Assembly (NCBI GenBank): GCA_965153285.1
Contig: OZ229111.1
DNA: 64,000 bases
Source: Podarcis tiliguerta
Taxonomy: Eukaryota
Reading direction: 5' to 3' (one strand)
Positions 12,471 through 25,420 of this stretch are shown here, piece after piece. Made by a program: the position numbers and the translations under genes. How positions within the stretch are numbered: the first letter of the stretch is position 1; each line of letters begins with the position of its first letter. The notes beneath the pieces were generated by a model that searched no databases, had not been told where the DNA came from, and saw nothing but the letters and a program-made list of their open reading frames with translations.

Positions 12471-14550
12471 GTAATTCTCAAATTGGAAATTGTTGAGAGA
12501 GAAATGTGAATGTAGTTATTGGGTGCTACTCTCATGGCTGTAGGAATTTCTGCAATAAAAGTGCTGATGGTTCCCATTTTAAAGTGAACAGGTTATATAT
12601 ATCCTGTACATTGCGCATCCTGATTTGCTTACACAAATTTTCTGCACATTTAGATTGTTTTGATTTGTATGGGGGACAGTTATATGGCAATGAGTCTTTG
12701 TTCTACATTAATTCAGATTTGCTTGTGTGGTGTTTATACATCTTCTGGTTGGTCTTTCATTTATCCCACACAGTGCATTTCCGCATCACTTTCCAAACCT
12801 CAAAAAACCAGATTGTTTTTTTAAATAGATTTGTTGTTCAAGGTGATGGGACTGTTTAATCTATTTTAATTGTGCAAACCTAAAGTTCTGATATGCACTT
12901 GAATCCCTTTCACAAAATTGTGACAGTCTGGAGGTAGGATGTTGGATGTTGAGCAGTTTAAATACCACCCTACTCTCTGCTATACCCAATTTTGCAGAGA
13001 TAAAAGAGTCAGAAAGTAATGTTCCAATTGGAATTTTGTAAGTTTCAGTATTTTATTAACGTGTCTAATTCTGTAACTATCAATATTTTATTAATTTTAT
13101 GTATTTTAAAATAGTCGCTTGATCCTTCCAGGGCCTATGTTTGTTGTTGTTGTTGTTGTTGTTGAGGAACCCATTGTTTCCACATAAACAGCACAATAAC
13201 TCTCTGGAAGGTGAATTTAGAGGAGGGTCCCAAGAGAAAGGAATTGAATTAGATAGAAAGTGAAAGCAAAGCCTCCAGGGTCAACATGCACTTTAATCTG
13301 TTACTAAGAATAACCTGTTAGTATAATACGCACAGCCTAAAAGCGAGAAGGCAATCAAACAAGTGTAAACTAATATAGTGAGCTATTGGTATAGGAGCAT
13401 GTAAATTGGAAACAGGTGTTGAGTGACTGAGAGCAAGCATGTGATGACAGGGCGCTCTGAATCAAGACAGAGCGTTTCTTTGCTGAGCATCTTGTTTTGC
13501 AGTTACTCTTAGTTTTGTTTGCTACAGTTAAAATAAATAAAAGCCAAACATGAATCAAACATGAGCTGGGATCCTAATGCTACATTAAAAAATTGTTTTG
13601 CTTTGGAAACTGCTCTTTGGGGTAACTGGAGCCTTGTTCTTCTGCCTACACTATCCTGTAGTAGATAATTTAAAGTTGTACTGTGTGTGGATTTGGAGTG
13701 AGTCCCAGGAGCAGAGCCAATAGCAAACATCTAGCATTAGGGACATGTCCACTCTGTAAGCTTATCCTCTGACGGATGTTCTTGCAGGCTGGATCTGGCC
13801 AGTGAATGCCAGAAAGTGATGGTGTGGACAATTTACAAGTTGCTTGCCAGGAAATGACCAGTGAGAGTAGATCATTTTCAAATGGGTTGGTGGACTCTGC
13901 AGACAGAGGATATCTTTTAGAGAACAGCACGGAAGTGTCCGTTCAATATGTTTATTCTAAATCACTGTCTGCTACTCTATTTACACTTTCCCTAATGGCT
14001 TTGGAGCTCCGAGCAGAGAGTGTAGATTGTTAACTCAATATTTGTGCATACAGTCACTGATGCACTGATATATAGTCACTTGGGGCTAAAGGAGACCTTG
14101 TCTCCCTATAAATGCTTGCTACCATGTACAGATGCCAAAGTGTAAAATACATCTGCTCTGCATCAGTTATGAATGTTCATCAGTTATGGTTCAAGAACAT
14201 CTTTTCTCTTTGAAATGTAAAGCAGCTAGAGGGGAGACCCATACCACTGATGCCCCCTGCCCCTCTTGGTACAGAGTGATGGAGCACAGGTAGGAGAGGC
14301 CACTTGCCCTGAGCCCATCAGACTCCCTGCCAGCCTCTGAATTGCATCCTGAGGCCAGTTGAAGCTAGAACGTATTCAGGTGAGGAAAAGAGAACCCTAT
14401 CTATCAATCCCTAGCAACAAAGAAGTAACATATGGACCACAGACAAAGCCTTTATTGATTAATGTCCAAGATGGAATAGATACTGAAAGAGAAGGACATG
14501 TGTGAGGATGCCAGCTGGTCACCCAAGCTGGGCTACTGGGCCTTGCTCAG

Positions 14551-14952
14551 CAGCTCAAGCTGTAGCAGGTGCAATGTACATTGTGGACCAGCTCCACATT
14601 AAGCACTTTCCCCTTCTACATAACTCTCATAAAGCTTGTCAGGATACAGGAGCCTGTCTGGAGCTAAGTAGGTTAATGAAGAAAAGCTTTTCTCTTTGAC
14701 TGCCCTTGTCCTGCCCACGATTCCTTCCCATTTCAGTTGTTCTGCTGTGGTAGCAGGGCTTCTGCTAATTCTATGTCATTGCAAACAGGGGGTCTTCAGT
14801 ATCTTAAGAATGTTGTGTTTGTATGTGACTTTTGAAGCAGAGCATGTTGCATATTCACAGTGCCATTCGTTCATTTCCAGCTTTTCTGTAGACCACAGTG
14901 GCCTAGAATCTTTCTTTATGCACCAGGGCTTCAATCCTCTAGATTTTATTAG
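14551..14952 (+). pseudogene. Three short open exon-like segments with 65- and 60-nt introns
   Basis: 14551-14671, 14737-14820 and 14881-14952 have pyrimidine-rich acceptors (cccatttcag, tcatttccag) and GT donors (gttaat, gtatgt, gtattt). They splice in frame without stops. Confidence 0.45.
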
Positions 14953-15409
14953 GTATTTTGCCATTTATGCATTTAAAACTCTTAAAACTCCAGGATTAAC
15001 AATAAACCACAATACAAAGCAAACCTTTGGGAGATACCTGGAACTTCACCGCCCTCCCTTCTCCCTTAGAGGAAGTGCTTCTGTTTCAAATGTTCTCTCT
15101 CTGCCACTTGTTTTTTGTGACAGAATATCACGTAATTTCTTTATTTTGTCTTGCACTTGGAGCTCATTTGTGCACAATGCTCAGACGTTATTGGACCTTT
15201 CAGTACGTTGTTCGAGTTTGCTTACTTGTTGATTGCTATAGCACAGGAATAGACTTCCTGGTGCCCTCCAGATATTGCTAGACTCCAACTCCCAACATCC
15301 CTCACGCTAGGGCTCATGAGAGTTGGGGGTCCAATAGCATTTGGAGGGTTTTTGACTGCAACATGCTTCACAATTTTGGGTGCCTTTGGGACACGCCCCC
15401 CCCTCCAAA

Positions 15410-16090
15410 GTTTAATTTGTTTATTTTAAAGCACTGAAAGACCACTTAGTATCTTAAAAATATCTAAACAGTATACAATATAAAACAAAAATACAGCCCA
15501 AAACCAATGGAACAGCTGTATAAAAATGAGTAAAAGTAAATAAACTAAAAGTAAATAAATTCAGGGGATTCGGTCACATAAAATAGTCACATCTTATGGG
15601 TCAGCTTTACAAAAAGATAAATTTTTACAAGATGTCTCAAGCAACTGATGGCTGCTTCTTCACATGTGGCAGAGGGAAAGGCATTCCACAGTATAGGGGC
15701 AACAGCAGAAAACCCCCATTTGGGGGTCACTGCCCTGTGATATTCAGTAGGGTGCAGTGCCATGAGTAGAATTTCTGCAGATGATCTACATGATCTTACA
15801 GTTCTGTGCAGGAGCAGGCAGTCTTTCAGGTAACAGAGTCCTGAGTTGTTCAGGGCTTTATCCGTAAAGAACAAAACCTTGAACAAGGCTTGATAGCTGA
15901 TCAGCAGCAAGTGTAGTTCCCTCCGCATAGGTGTAATATGCGCACATCCAGGTGCCCCACTCAGTAACCTGGCCACAACATTCTGAGCCGGCTGCCGCTT
16001 CTGGACCAATCCCAACAGAAGCCCCATACAGAGTGCATTACAGTGGTGCAATCATGAGGTTACCAGTGCATGAATCACAGGGACTGCACT
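15410..16090 (-). mobile_element. L2-clade LINE 3' fragment
   Basis: The ORF-track peptide HCNALCMGL..QNVVARLLSG..HITPM.RELH..FKVL...KALN matches the L2 ORF2 C-terminal motif DYCN..GLP..LQ.VQNAAAR..HITP.L..LHWLP..FK. Confidence 0.88.
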
Positions 16091-16663
16091 ATCTCTGTAA
16101 GGCTTTTAAATGTGTAAGCTGAGATCAACCTGTGCAGCTTAGCTGTTCTTAGGTTAACGGTTACATAGACATTATAAATACAGTATATGGTCAGATGCTT
16201 GGGAAATCTGTTATTTGTTACAGACTATTTTGTGCCCAGTAATTTTTTTAAAAGCATTGACTATATTTGTGTGTTCCCGTGTCCATAACTGAATTTTTAT
16301 ATATATATTTCTGAGGCAGTGCTGTTTTTCTTGCTCACATTTGAACTGACTGCAAGGTGAAGTAATTTTCCTCAGAGTGGATGAGTTTGTGTGACTTTGC
16401 ATTTTAAGGACATGAAAGAGTATAGTGTTAAGTCTCCATCTTTCTTAGAGAAATGACTTGTTTTATTGATGTTTAATATATGTATAACTGTGGTATTTCA
16501 GATATTTTGTCTAAAGTCTCACATATATTAGCTATCAGTGCACAGTCCCACTAACAATTTACATTTCCATTGATTTATAGCAGCCACAATAGTCTGAAGT
16601 ATTGATCATCTCCATATGTTCAATACATCCATAATACTGACTGCATTGTGTGGTGTTCCATAG

Positions 16664-16856
16664 GATTTCTCAGGGAGAAACATGGAGTAGCGCTGTATTT
16701 ATTGATATTCTGCCTGGATGAAGCCTAATGTGAGCAAACTGGATCAGACATCTTCTATCTTAATATTCTAAATGACTTGCTTGGAAAAGATTATGAGGAA
16801 GATTATGATGGAAAAGATTTTGATGTCACAATTGCTGTGCTTCAGAGTGGCTTCAG
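16664..16856 (+). pseudogene. Exon-like segment FLREKHGVALYLLIFCLDEA*CEQTGSDIFYLNILNDLLGKDYEEDYDGKDFDVTIAVLQSGF
   Basis: Acceptor ttccatag|, donor CAG|gtagac, single TAA at 16726. An alternative reading needs a 1-nt frameshift. Confidence 0.45.
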
Positions 16857-19800
16857 GTAGACATCATTGCATTTTGAGGTTTCTGCCCTTTTTCTCCTCT
16901 CCACATCCAGAGAGATGATGTGGACATCTAGGAACACGGTGTGAGTGTCTTCTTATATCTGAATGGTGAGAAGGGTTTTGCTCCTATATGCTATTTTTAT
17001 TATGAAACATGGAGTAACCTGTCCCATTTCACTGTCTGGGGCAAAATGGGCAGGTGCCACCCACCTGCCAAAGCCTTGCCTACCAGGGTCACATGGCGAC
17101 TGCTTCCAGTGACAAGGATACTTGACTAGTAGCAATGAAGTTCTGTCTCAATGGTTTTGTTATATTGTGGAGAGTCTTTGTTGTGGGTATTTGGGATCGT
17201 GGCAATATTCTAAGCACCAGAGGATTGCCTTTACCTCGTTTCACTTTCCATTCTTGTTCATAGTTTTAGTTTTGTACATGCAGTAACCAGTGACCCTCAT
17301 AATCCACAGACGTAGTCTATGCAGAGCTAGTCTAACCTGATGTGCGCCAGGGGTCTCACTGATGCCCCTTCCCCTTGCAAAATGCAATAGCTTAGAAACA
17401 CATTTTTAAACGCTGACTTGAGCCAAGTCCTCTTGGCCACTTCACAGGACAGAAATTATTTGAAATGTGTAGGCTACACAATACTACTTAAAATAGCCTA
17501 TAACGAGTGGAAGTGGGGAGGGGGAGAGATTAATGGCTTAAAACAAAATAATGAAAAGGTCATTCAGACCGTAATTGTCAAACCCTCCCTGTGCTGTCTC
17601 ATATCCATATCAATTCTGTTTGATGGTGACTCAGAAAATGATCCCTGGCATTTATCTTTCCCTCAGACTTTATGAAAAATTGATTGACTCCTTTTGCCCA
17701 AGAAGTTGCATTAAATAAGAAATAAAATGTTGTTTATGGGCAACTTTGCCTTCTAGCAATCAGAAAGGGCCAGTTTTATAAGAACAGGGCATCAGTTTTT
17801 AATACCGCAAAGTACCTGCATATTTGACATGGCAAACTGAAATCTTTGGATATTATCCTCTCTGGAATGATTCCTGGAGTTAAACAGAAACAGCAGGCCC
17901 TGTTTCCCACTGTTCCCACCTCTTTTCACCCTCCAATAATACTTGTGAGCTCTGAATGAGAGAGGATGATAATATTGGGGGGGGGGTCTGATTAAGAGAG
18001 TGTTCGTGAGATTGCTTTCAGAGATGGGCTGGCTCCTAGGTTGGCCAGGTGCAAAAGAGGACTGTGCTTTTGAACCTTTAAGAGTTATATAAATGAGGAC
18101 ATTTCACCCAGGTATAGTTTGCATGACAATCTTTGTACACGTGTTTGGGATTTGTTAAGCAATAAACAAGCCTGCTGTAAATAGTATGAAACTCCTCCTG
18201 CAAACACTGCAGTCTATGGTAGCACAGCTTAAGAGGGCTACAGGACCCAGCTCTATGCCTGGACTGGGTTTAGGTTGCGGCTTTGACCCTTTCTTCATTT
18301 TCATCTGGTAAAGAGAAAGCTGGAACCTTCTCCTTCCCTGGTTTTGGGATAGGAAGCTGCCTCAGGTCCAAAGGCTGGTCAGTGTTGGCCCACTTGGGCA
18401 TCTGAGCACAGGACTTTCTGCATGCAAAACATGTTCTGTACCACTGCGCTGTTGTTCCTCCAACCCCCCCCCCCCATATTTTTGTTTGTCTCTTGTGCTC
18501 ACAATGCATGCATCTATAGAGACATCAGCTCTTAACGTTGGTTGAAGACGGCTAAATAGCTGTCAGCTCTCAGTGAGTTTCCTGGGAAATTTTGAAATGG
18601 AAAAAATGCCAATTCAAATTAGGGGAATTCGCATAGGGGGATTTGCATCATAATTTTTTTCAGTTTGCATCAGAAATTTTTCTTGTGTCATGGAGAGTGA
18701 TTTAATTTCTCTTGCTCATTTTATTTGTATTTAGTATGTGAAGCAAAAAAATTCAAAACCGCCAAACTTTCTTAATGTTGTATTTGCAACTGGCATTCAT
18801 TCATTGCTACTAATTAACTTAAGAAGTAGAAAATTTTCCACCCCACATCACTAGTGAAACTGTCAAGTTCAAATGCCCGTTAAGTTAGAGGTGCCATGAA
18901 CCCTGAACAGACAAGACCTATTTTGGTTATACTTTGCCCACATGGGCTGGAGAAAATGCAGAGCTTATCAAAATGTGTTGAAATGTACTTTTGTTTGTTT
19001 TGCATAGATATTCTTGACTGGGGAAAAAAATCCTGCGCAAAGATCAGGTTTTGGAAAAATGAGAGACACGGCAGCTCATTTTATTTATTTGCTTGTAAAC
19101 TTTATATTCTGCCCTTCATTTCCAAGCAATTCTAGGGGATGCCCATCAGTTCAACAGTTTTGAATTCTCATGGCCAACTTTAGCCAGAAGCTCATTCATG
19201 TTAGACCCAATAAAAAAGAAACTGCCTGAAGAATGGAGACCTCCTCTATTTTGTCCAGATTTTCCTACTCTTACAATTTATCACCCCTTCCTCTGAGCAC
19301 AGATTCGCTGAGGGAGCGGCATGTGGTCAGTGTACCAACTTCAGGCTAATTTGGAAGGGCTGTGGCCTTGCAGAGCTGCCATTCTAGCACCTTGCCTCAG
19401 CCATAAACTCATTCCAACTTAAAAGGGAAAGTGACCCAGATGCATTGTTGCACACAAGTCTTCAATTATACAATGTCCTGCAAGCATCAGATAAAGCAAT
19501 AACACAGAAAAAGGTCATAACAACACCAGCTATGTCATGAATAGCAGCCACAAGTAGCGGCCAGAGACTTGATCCAGTCTAGGACTAGAGCGATGAAGAG
19601 ATAGAAATGCTGCTGGCTATGAGTCCTTTTGTAGTGTGTTCCAAGCAGCTGTCAACTGCTCAGACTTTGAACGACTGGGACCTCCCAAAGGAAAATAAAA
19701 CCTTCAGAGTGGCCAGCTGCAAGAAAACAGTGGATCTTTGAGGATGCACTGCTGAGGGAAACATGAACAAACGTAGGAGATAATCGGGTTTATTTCTCTG

Positions 19801-20634
19801 CAGGCTAATGTTCTGCAGAAGGGGTAGAGATAAATAGTGGTTCATTTGAGGCGTGTCATGAACTAGATGAACTTCAGCTAATTAGTTTAAACAAATGAAG
19901 AAAAGCAGCAAAGTACTAGGTATGCAGAAGTATGAAAGTACTTTTGCGGAAGACTCTACTCCTACAGCTTTTTAGACATAATTATATTTCTTCCGCTGGC
20001 AATGGTGTCATTCTCATTTCTTGTCTCTGAGCCCTGCTGGTTGTAAAAATTAATGGCATCAAAATATCAAGGCTTGGATCCTAAGGTAACTTAAGATATC
20101 TCATGTAAGAAACGTTTCCCATCGCCTCCTCCCAACAGCAGCCACTTGTGACTTCTGAAAAGCCTTTAGGAGACCTTCCTGAAGAATGGGGCATGGAGGT
20201 TTGCTGAAGGCGGGAGGGGGCAGGACACTTCCTTATGTTAGGATCCAAGCCCCCACCCTCAGCACCCTGTAGTCATTCCCACATTGTTCAGGAGGGAACC
20301 CTGAATCTCCAGATATGCTTTTGGGGGAGAGCGCAAGGAGCTGCATGTTGCAACAGGGAAAGGAAACTTTCTGTGAAATTTCCTGAGGTAATTTGCCACC
20401 TGTATTTCCTGTCTCCCTTTCCAGACTTCCCAATACAGTTTCCTCATAGTGCCCCTTGTTCCTTAGGGCAGCAGTGACTGTTGGGTCCTGTATACTCATT
20501 TTGATAGCTGGAATCTTTACTGTGGTTCAGTGGCACAATTCATAGAGATGATCCCTCAAATCGTGGTTTGGAAGGATTCCAAAATGAGTCATGGGCTTCT
20601 GTGCTTCCTTCTTCAATTATTACCTGTTATGTAT

Positions 20635-20636
<2 letters not shown>

Positions 20637-20679
<43 letters not shown>
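20637..20679. repeat. (TC)n microsatellite
   Basis: Seen directly. Confidence 0.97.
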
Positions 20680-20683
<4 letters not shown>

Positions 20684-22583
20684 AGTGCCAGCTATTCATA
20701 ATTGGTTGTCCTATCTGTGGTGGACTATGGTTAGCTTTTGCTCTCTAAATCTCAGAATTCGTTTTTCAAATTGGGGTTCTGGAGGATGAGTGCTAACCAT
20801 GGTTTGCCAACCATCACTTGAGGGAAGAAAGGAACATATGGTTTGTTCACAATCATCCAAACCAAGGAGGGGACCTGTCACCTTCCAGATGTCACCCAAC
20901 CAGCAAAGCCAATGACCAGGGATGATGGGAGTTATAGTCCAGCAACATCTGGAAGGCCACAGGCTCCCCATCGCTGCTCCAAACCATGACCCATCTGTTC
21001 TGAGAACTGAATAAACTAACTATACATAGGCCAATAATAAAAAGTGTTTTACTCAATTTCTCAGCATATTCCTTCATAGCTAGGACAGAGTTCAGCTAGC
21101 CAATATGCACTGTATGTTTATTTTCCTATACGACTGATTTTATGTTCTTTCCCAGTTTCCCCTTAAGTAAACCTTTTCGATTTGTTGAAGAATATTGGGT
21201 TTTGCCTCTGGAATTCAGTATTTTGAACTTAAGCCTGCATAAGACCTACCGCTTAGCTCTATGCTATCTTGACTTTAGTCTTCAGTAGAAGTGGTTATCA
21301 GGGTTTGAAAGGTCCATTATTTAAGTAGGAAAGGTAGGTGTTTATGTGTGTGAGAGAAAATGAAATTGCCATTTCAGTTCCTGAAGATTTGGTGTTTCTA
21401 GATATCCTACCTACTATAGCTTATCCTACCATTTGACATCAAGATGGGAATCTTTGCATGAGAAGAACATGAACTTCATGGGATCAGTCCTTTATTTTTC
21501 TTCAGACAGGGACTCTGATCCTCACATTATATACTTATTTGCATCCATTGAAATTGGAGGGGCTTACTTTATCCATAGAAAATTTTGAGTGATGGTCTCA
21601 AATTTTTACTCTTGAATGTGTCAGGCAGAACAACCCCCTCTCAGCAAGAAGTAATCCTGAAGATTTTTAACACTGGACCATGAGGGCTCCCTGGAGTCTC
21701 CCATTCTTTAGCTTTCCATCTCCACTCTGGTCAGGATCCAAGACTGCATAATAATATCACACTTGGATTTACACTTCTTCTTGGCTCCCCGAGTCATTAG
21801 ACTGTTCTTAATATGCATGTAGCCTTTTCCTGTGTTTTGAATCAAGACGGCACCAAGCATTCTTTCCAAGGTGTACTGGCTCCAACTCAGCTGTTGTGTT
21901 GATCTTAATAGCCTCCAGGTTCTTTAGGAAGCTAAGGATTCTACTGCTACTGTTGACAAACTATTGTTCAAAGAATCTGGAGGCTCACTAAAAGATCTGG
22001 GTAATGAGAAACGGGCTGAACAATACCTTTTAGCTGCAGGGCCTGGCAGTGGTAATGCAACCTGAGCTGAGCAATTAATCTAGCACAATTATTTGCAGCA
22101 TTCCCTTCCTACAGAACACTAGAAAGGGTCTGAATACTTCAGATACTGTAGCAAATTAGTTGCACATCTGACTCTCTAATGAAAGTCAAGAGCCATGTGC
22201 TTTGCCAGCAACCTTGTGTAATGCTATGCCTTTAAAAAAATAAAATTAACCAGGTCATGTCAACACTGGCTTGTTTACTAACTTGTCAGTGTCAATTAAT
22301 CACTCTTTGCATCTAAACTTGCATATACTGAAATATCAAAGAACTGAATGACATGGTGGTTTTGCATTTCCAAGGTATTGCAGGTTAGACTTTGCTGTCT
22401 TTGGATACAAAAAAGTGTGTATGGACAGAAGTTTCGTTCAATGAATACTAAAACAGTTGGCTATCGGTATTGCAACTGTTTATGTTGAATGAAGAGGATG
22501 ACTGATAAAATCAGCTTCACACATACACATGTATTCAAAGAGTCACTACACTTTATTTATTAGAGGGTGGGCGGGGAAGATGT

Positions 22584-22680
22584 ACAATGGAACCTCGACT
22601 TACATATGGCTCTACTTACATACGATTCCAGTTACAACCTTCAGTAGGTGCTTCAACTTACGAACTTTCCTCTAGATATG
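22584..22680. mobile_element. Older Tigger-like MITE terminal fragment
   Basis: TA-caatggaacctcgacttac followed by repeated cttac(g/a) motifs typical of Tigger subterminal regions. Confidence 0.5.
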
Positions 22681-23104
22681 AACAGAGGCCTTGCCAGCAG
22701 CCCAGAGCTTGCCCGGCTGGCTGCGGGGCAGCGCTGGGGCCTCCACCACTGGGGAGAGGCCTTTTATGGGTATAGACTAAGTAAAACTTAGTTGAACACC
22801 ACTCAGGGCTTTTCCACACTTTCGCTTGTTTTGTGACTAGAAAGTGTGGGTCCAAGCGGTTTTCCGTTTAACCTCCACTTCGTAGGCACAGATCTGAGAA
22901 GGTTTCCCCTTGCCCTGCTCCTTTCCTAGGGGAAATCCACTCTTCAGCTCTAAATCAAAGCAAACATCAACCTGGAGAAAACCAGAATTGCCATTTGCTC
23001 CAATTCCACACTAAGGAGCAGTTCCGCAGCAGGACAAGAGGAAATGTGGGTAAGTCCTCAGTGAGATTAAGGTTAACAGTTTGTTTGACGGGTCATATAA
23101 AGTA

Positions 23105-23305
23105 CAGTGGTACCTCGGGTTAAGAACTTAATTCGTTCCGAAACTGTTCTTAACCTGAAGCACCACTTTAGCTAACGGGGCCTCCCACTGCTGCTGCGCT
23201 GCCAGAGCACAATTTCTGTTCTCATCCTGAAGCAAAGTTCTTAACCCGAGGTACTATTTCTGGGTTAGCAGAGTCTGTAACCTGAAGCGTCTGTAACCTG
23301 AAACG
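23105..23305. mobile_element. Same MITE family, right end missing
   Basis: TA-cagtggtacctcgggttaagaactt..., colinear with 49236-49448. Confidence 0.85.
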
Positions 23306-23699
23306 TTTAATACTGTGATCCCAATCCCATGCATGTTTTCTCAGAAGTAAACCCTTCTGTGTTTGACTAGGTTTGTCCCAGGCTATTGTGTGTACAGGAT
23401 TACAACCACCAAGAAGTGAGAGGTTGTGTGTTTTCATGCTTCCTCTTCTACAACAAAATATATGCTGTCTCCACATTTGAACCTTCCATGTTTCACAGGT
23501 GGGGCAGGGGAGGATTTGAAAGTAACAGGAAGGAAGGCAGGCAAAGTTCTTCTTTTGTTTGGACCTTACAGAGGAGTACAGAATCAGCACTTCATATACA
23601 TGAAGTAGTTAAAAGACTAATGGAGAAGATAAAGTGGAGTTTCCTTCAGCCACAGAAAATGAAACAAATGCAGACTGACAGATTAGGTACAGGTTGAAT

Positions 23700-23862
23700 A
23701 TAGGCTATGCATTTAATGCATATCCTCCCTCGCAAAGAATCTTGGGAACTGTACTTAACTCCTCATAGAGTTACAGTACCCAGCACCTTTAAAAGAATTC
23801 AGTTCCAAGGATTGTTGGGTGGGTGGAGTAATGTGCTTTAAATGTACAGTAAGTAAGTAGCC
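23700..23862. mobile_element. Palindromic non-autonomous DNA element (...gggaactgta...cccagcac...gtgctttaaatgta)
   Basis: Related copies at about 39470-39610, 46230-46330 and 55947-56070. Confidence 0.6.
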
Positions 23863-25189
23863 TTAGAATCAGCTAAAGATTGGGTAAGGTTCTGATAGAG
23901 AATGTTCAAACGACTGGTGATTTGCGTTTATTACGTATTTGAGTATGTGCATGCCTGTGCCTGTATGGACTGCTTTCAACATAACATTTTATGTTACGCT
24001 TTTTAAAAAATTGAATGGTGTGAACACGTTTGTTGAACCAGTGTGTAGAAAGTGATCATTCACACAGTTTTTCCAGACTTAGCCCCCATTAATGCAGGGG
24101 GGGGGGACACAACAGGACCCTGTCTCTATCTGGGAAATACATATATTTGCGTATTGCATATTCCTAGGAACCCATAAATCGGTCAGCATGATGCTAAACA
24201 TTTGATTCTGGTAGCTTTTGAGCTGTCTTTCAAACTGTATGCTATATGATTCTGTAGCAGAAATTGCTACAGAAGGTTTTTTTTTTTTTTGGCATGAGGT
24301 TTGGTAAGAGTTTTGATCCCCCCCCCCTTCCTATAATGCACACTTTCTTGTACCATACTAAGACGCGTTTGGTAAGATTGTGATTGCTCAGCTGCTGTTT
24401 CAGGATGGGATTCCCTTGAATGCATTTTTCTTTCTCCAATGCAAAGTGCATTTTGTGTGTGAACAAGGAGCAGTACAATGGGCAAGATGGAGAGTTTGGT
24501 TTAAGCCGCAAAGACCTGAGCTGTAATGAGAGGGGACATGTGCAGTCTCTGCTGTGATGTTCTCCTCCCCTGGCACAGCCACTTGTAACAAGTTTTACGG
24601 GAATTGATAAAGTCAGACAGCTGGATGGAAGAGCTTAAATACGCCAAACTTAAACATGCGATTGAGGACATAAATAACTACATTCCTGCTTTCATGTTTA
24701 TTGTACAATTGCAACACAACCATATTTGGAATAACTGTTCTAATATTTGAATGCAAGATGATTGGAGTTTAGCTATTATGTTTTGAATAAATTATTGTGG
24801 AAATTGAACGTTTCACATGGCCGTTATTTCTTCCATATTCACCAGTGACACCAATCCATAACCTTAGGAGACAATACAGTCTTGTGGTTGGAACACAGGA
24901 GCTGTGAATATTAAGTTTAAATATTGTTTTCGACCCTCACTGATCTTAAGCAAGTCCCTACTTTCCTCTTTCCATTCACATTCTGAAAAACAGAAACACA
25001 TCTTTGTCCAAGGAGAGAAGAGCTGGAAATTTTTGGAACAGTTGTCACTCCCTTTGAAGAAGCACCATGAACAGTCAAACAGAAAGTGAACTGTTGCTTA
25101 TTCTCTTCCAAGAAGTTAGAATTCCAAAGAATGGGAAGAACGTTCAAACGAAGTGCAAATATCCAGTGCACAATGGTGATATTTACCAT

Positions 25190-25395
25190 TAAGAAGAGCC
25201 TTCTGGATCAGGCCAATGGGCCATCTAGTCCAGCATCATCTTCTCACAGTGGCCAACCAATGTCTGTGGGAAACCAACAAGCAGGACCTGAGCACAAGAG
25301 CACTGTCCTCTCCTGTGGCTTCTAGCAACTGGTATTCAGAAGCACTACTTTCTCCAACCAATGGCTAGTAGTCATTGATAGCATATACTCCATGA
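25190..25395 (-). mobile_element. CR1-type 3' UTR fragment
   Basis: taagaagagccttctggatcaggccaatgggccatctagtccagcatc...cagtggccaacca. A related remnant lies near 42175-42245. Confidence 0.7.
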
Positions 25396-25420
25396 GACTC
25401 TTAATCTCAGGGTCGTGGGT
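25391..25420 (+). pseudogene. 30-nt tRNA-Lys(CTT)-derived fragment (anticodon arm to T-stem), not a functional tRNA
   Basis: catgagactcttaatctcagggtcgtgggt matches the recalled vertebrate tRNA-Lys-CTT. No D-arm, T-loop or acceptor stem. Confidence 0.8.

Larger units (their letters stand above)
2320..16856 (+). pseudogene. Candidate multi-exon decayed protein-coding gene of unknown identity
   Basis: AG/GT-bounded segments with compatible phases: 2320-2560 (0>1, open), 5013-5093 (1>1), 5324-5421 (1>0), 6643-6793 (0>1), 8274-8318 (1>1). Second run: 12103-12307 (0>1), 12376-12470 (1>0), 13788-13934 (0>0), 14334-14379 (0>1), 14551-14671 (1>2), 14737-14820 (2>2), 14881-14952 (2>2). Then 16664-16856. 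Most carry 0-2 in-frame stops. Assembled by eye with no homology confirmation. Confidence 0.5.

Noticed and set aside
14696-15232. 178-aa ORF, the longest in the window, as a single-exon gene
   Set aside because: It has a non-ATG start and is better explained as read-through of short exon-like segments and a 60-nt in-frame intron.
15587-16051. 154-aa ORF as a host gene
   Set aside because: It is a decayed L2 ORF2 C-terminus.
5013-16856. Selenoprotein or stop-codon readthrough explanation for the in-frame TGAs
   Set aside because: TAA and TAG stops also occur, and no SECIS-like element was recognised. Mutational decay is simpler.
14737-16856. Faint resemblance of hydrophobic pseudo-exon peptides to polycystin-type channel segments
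   Set aside because: Only a few scattered residues match and there is no diagnostic motif, so no gene name is justified.
19300-19780. Possible terminal exon(s) of the fossil gene (DEEIEMLLAMSPFVVCSKQL...)
   Set aside because: No clear acceptor or phase link to the 16664-16856 segment; indistinguishable from chance.
25391-25420. Functional tRNA-Lys gene
   Set aside because: Only 30 nt; no acceptor stem, A box or complete B box.
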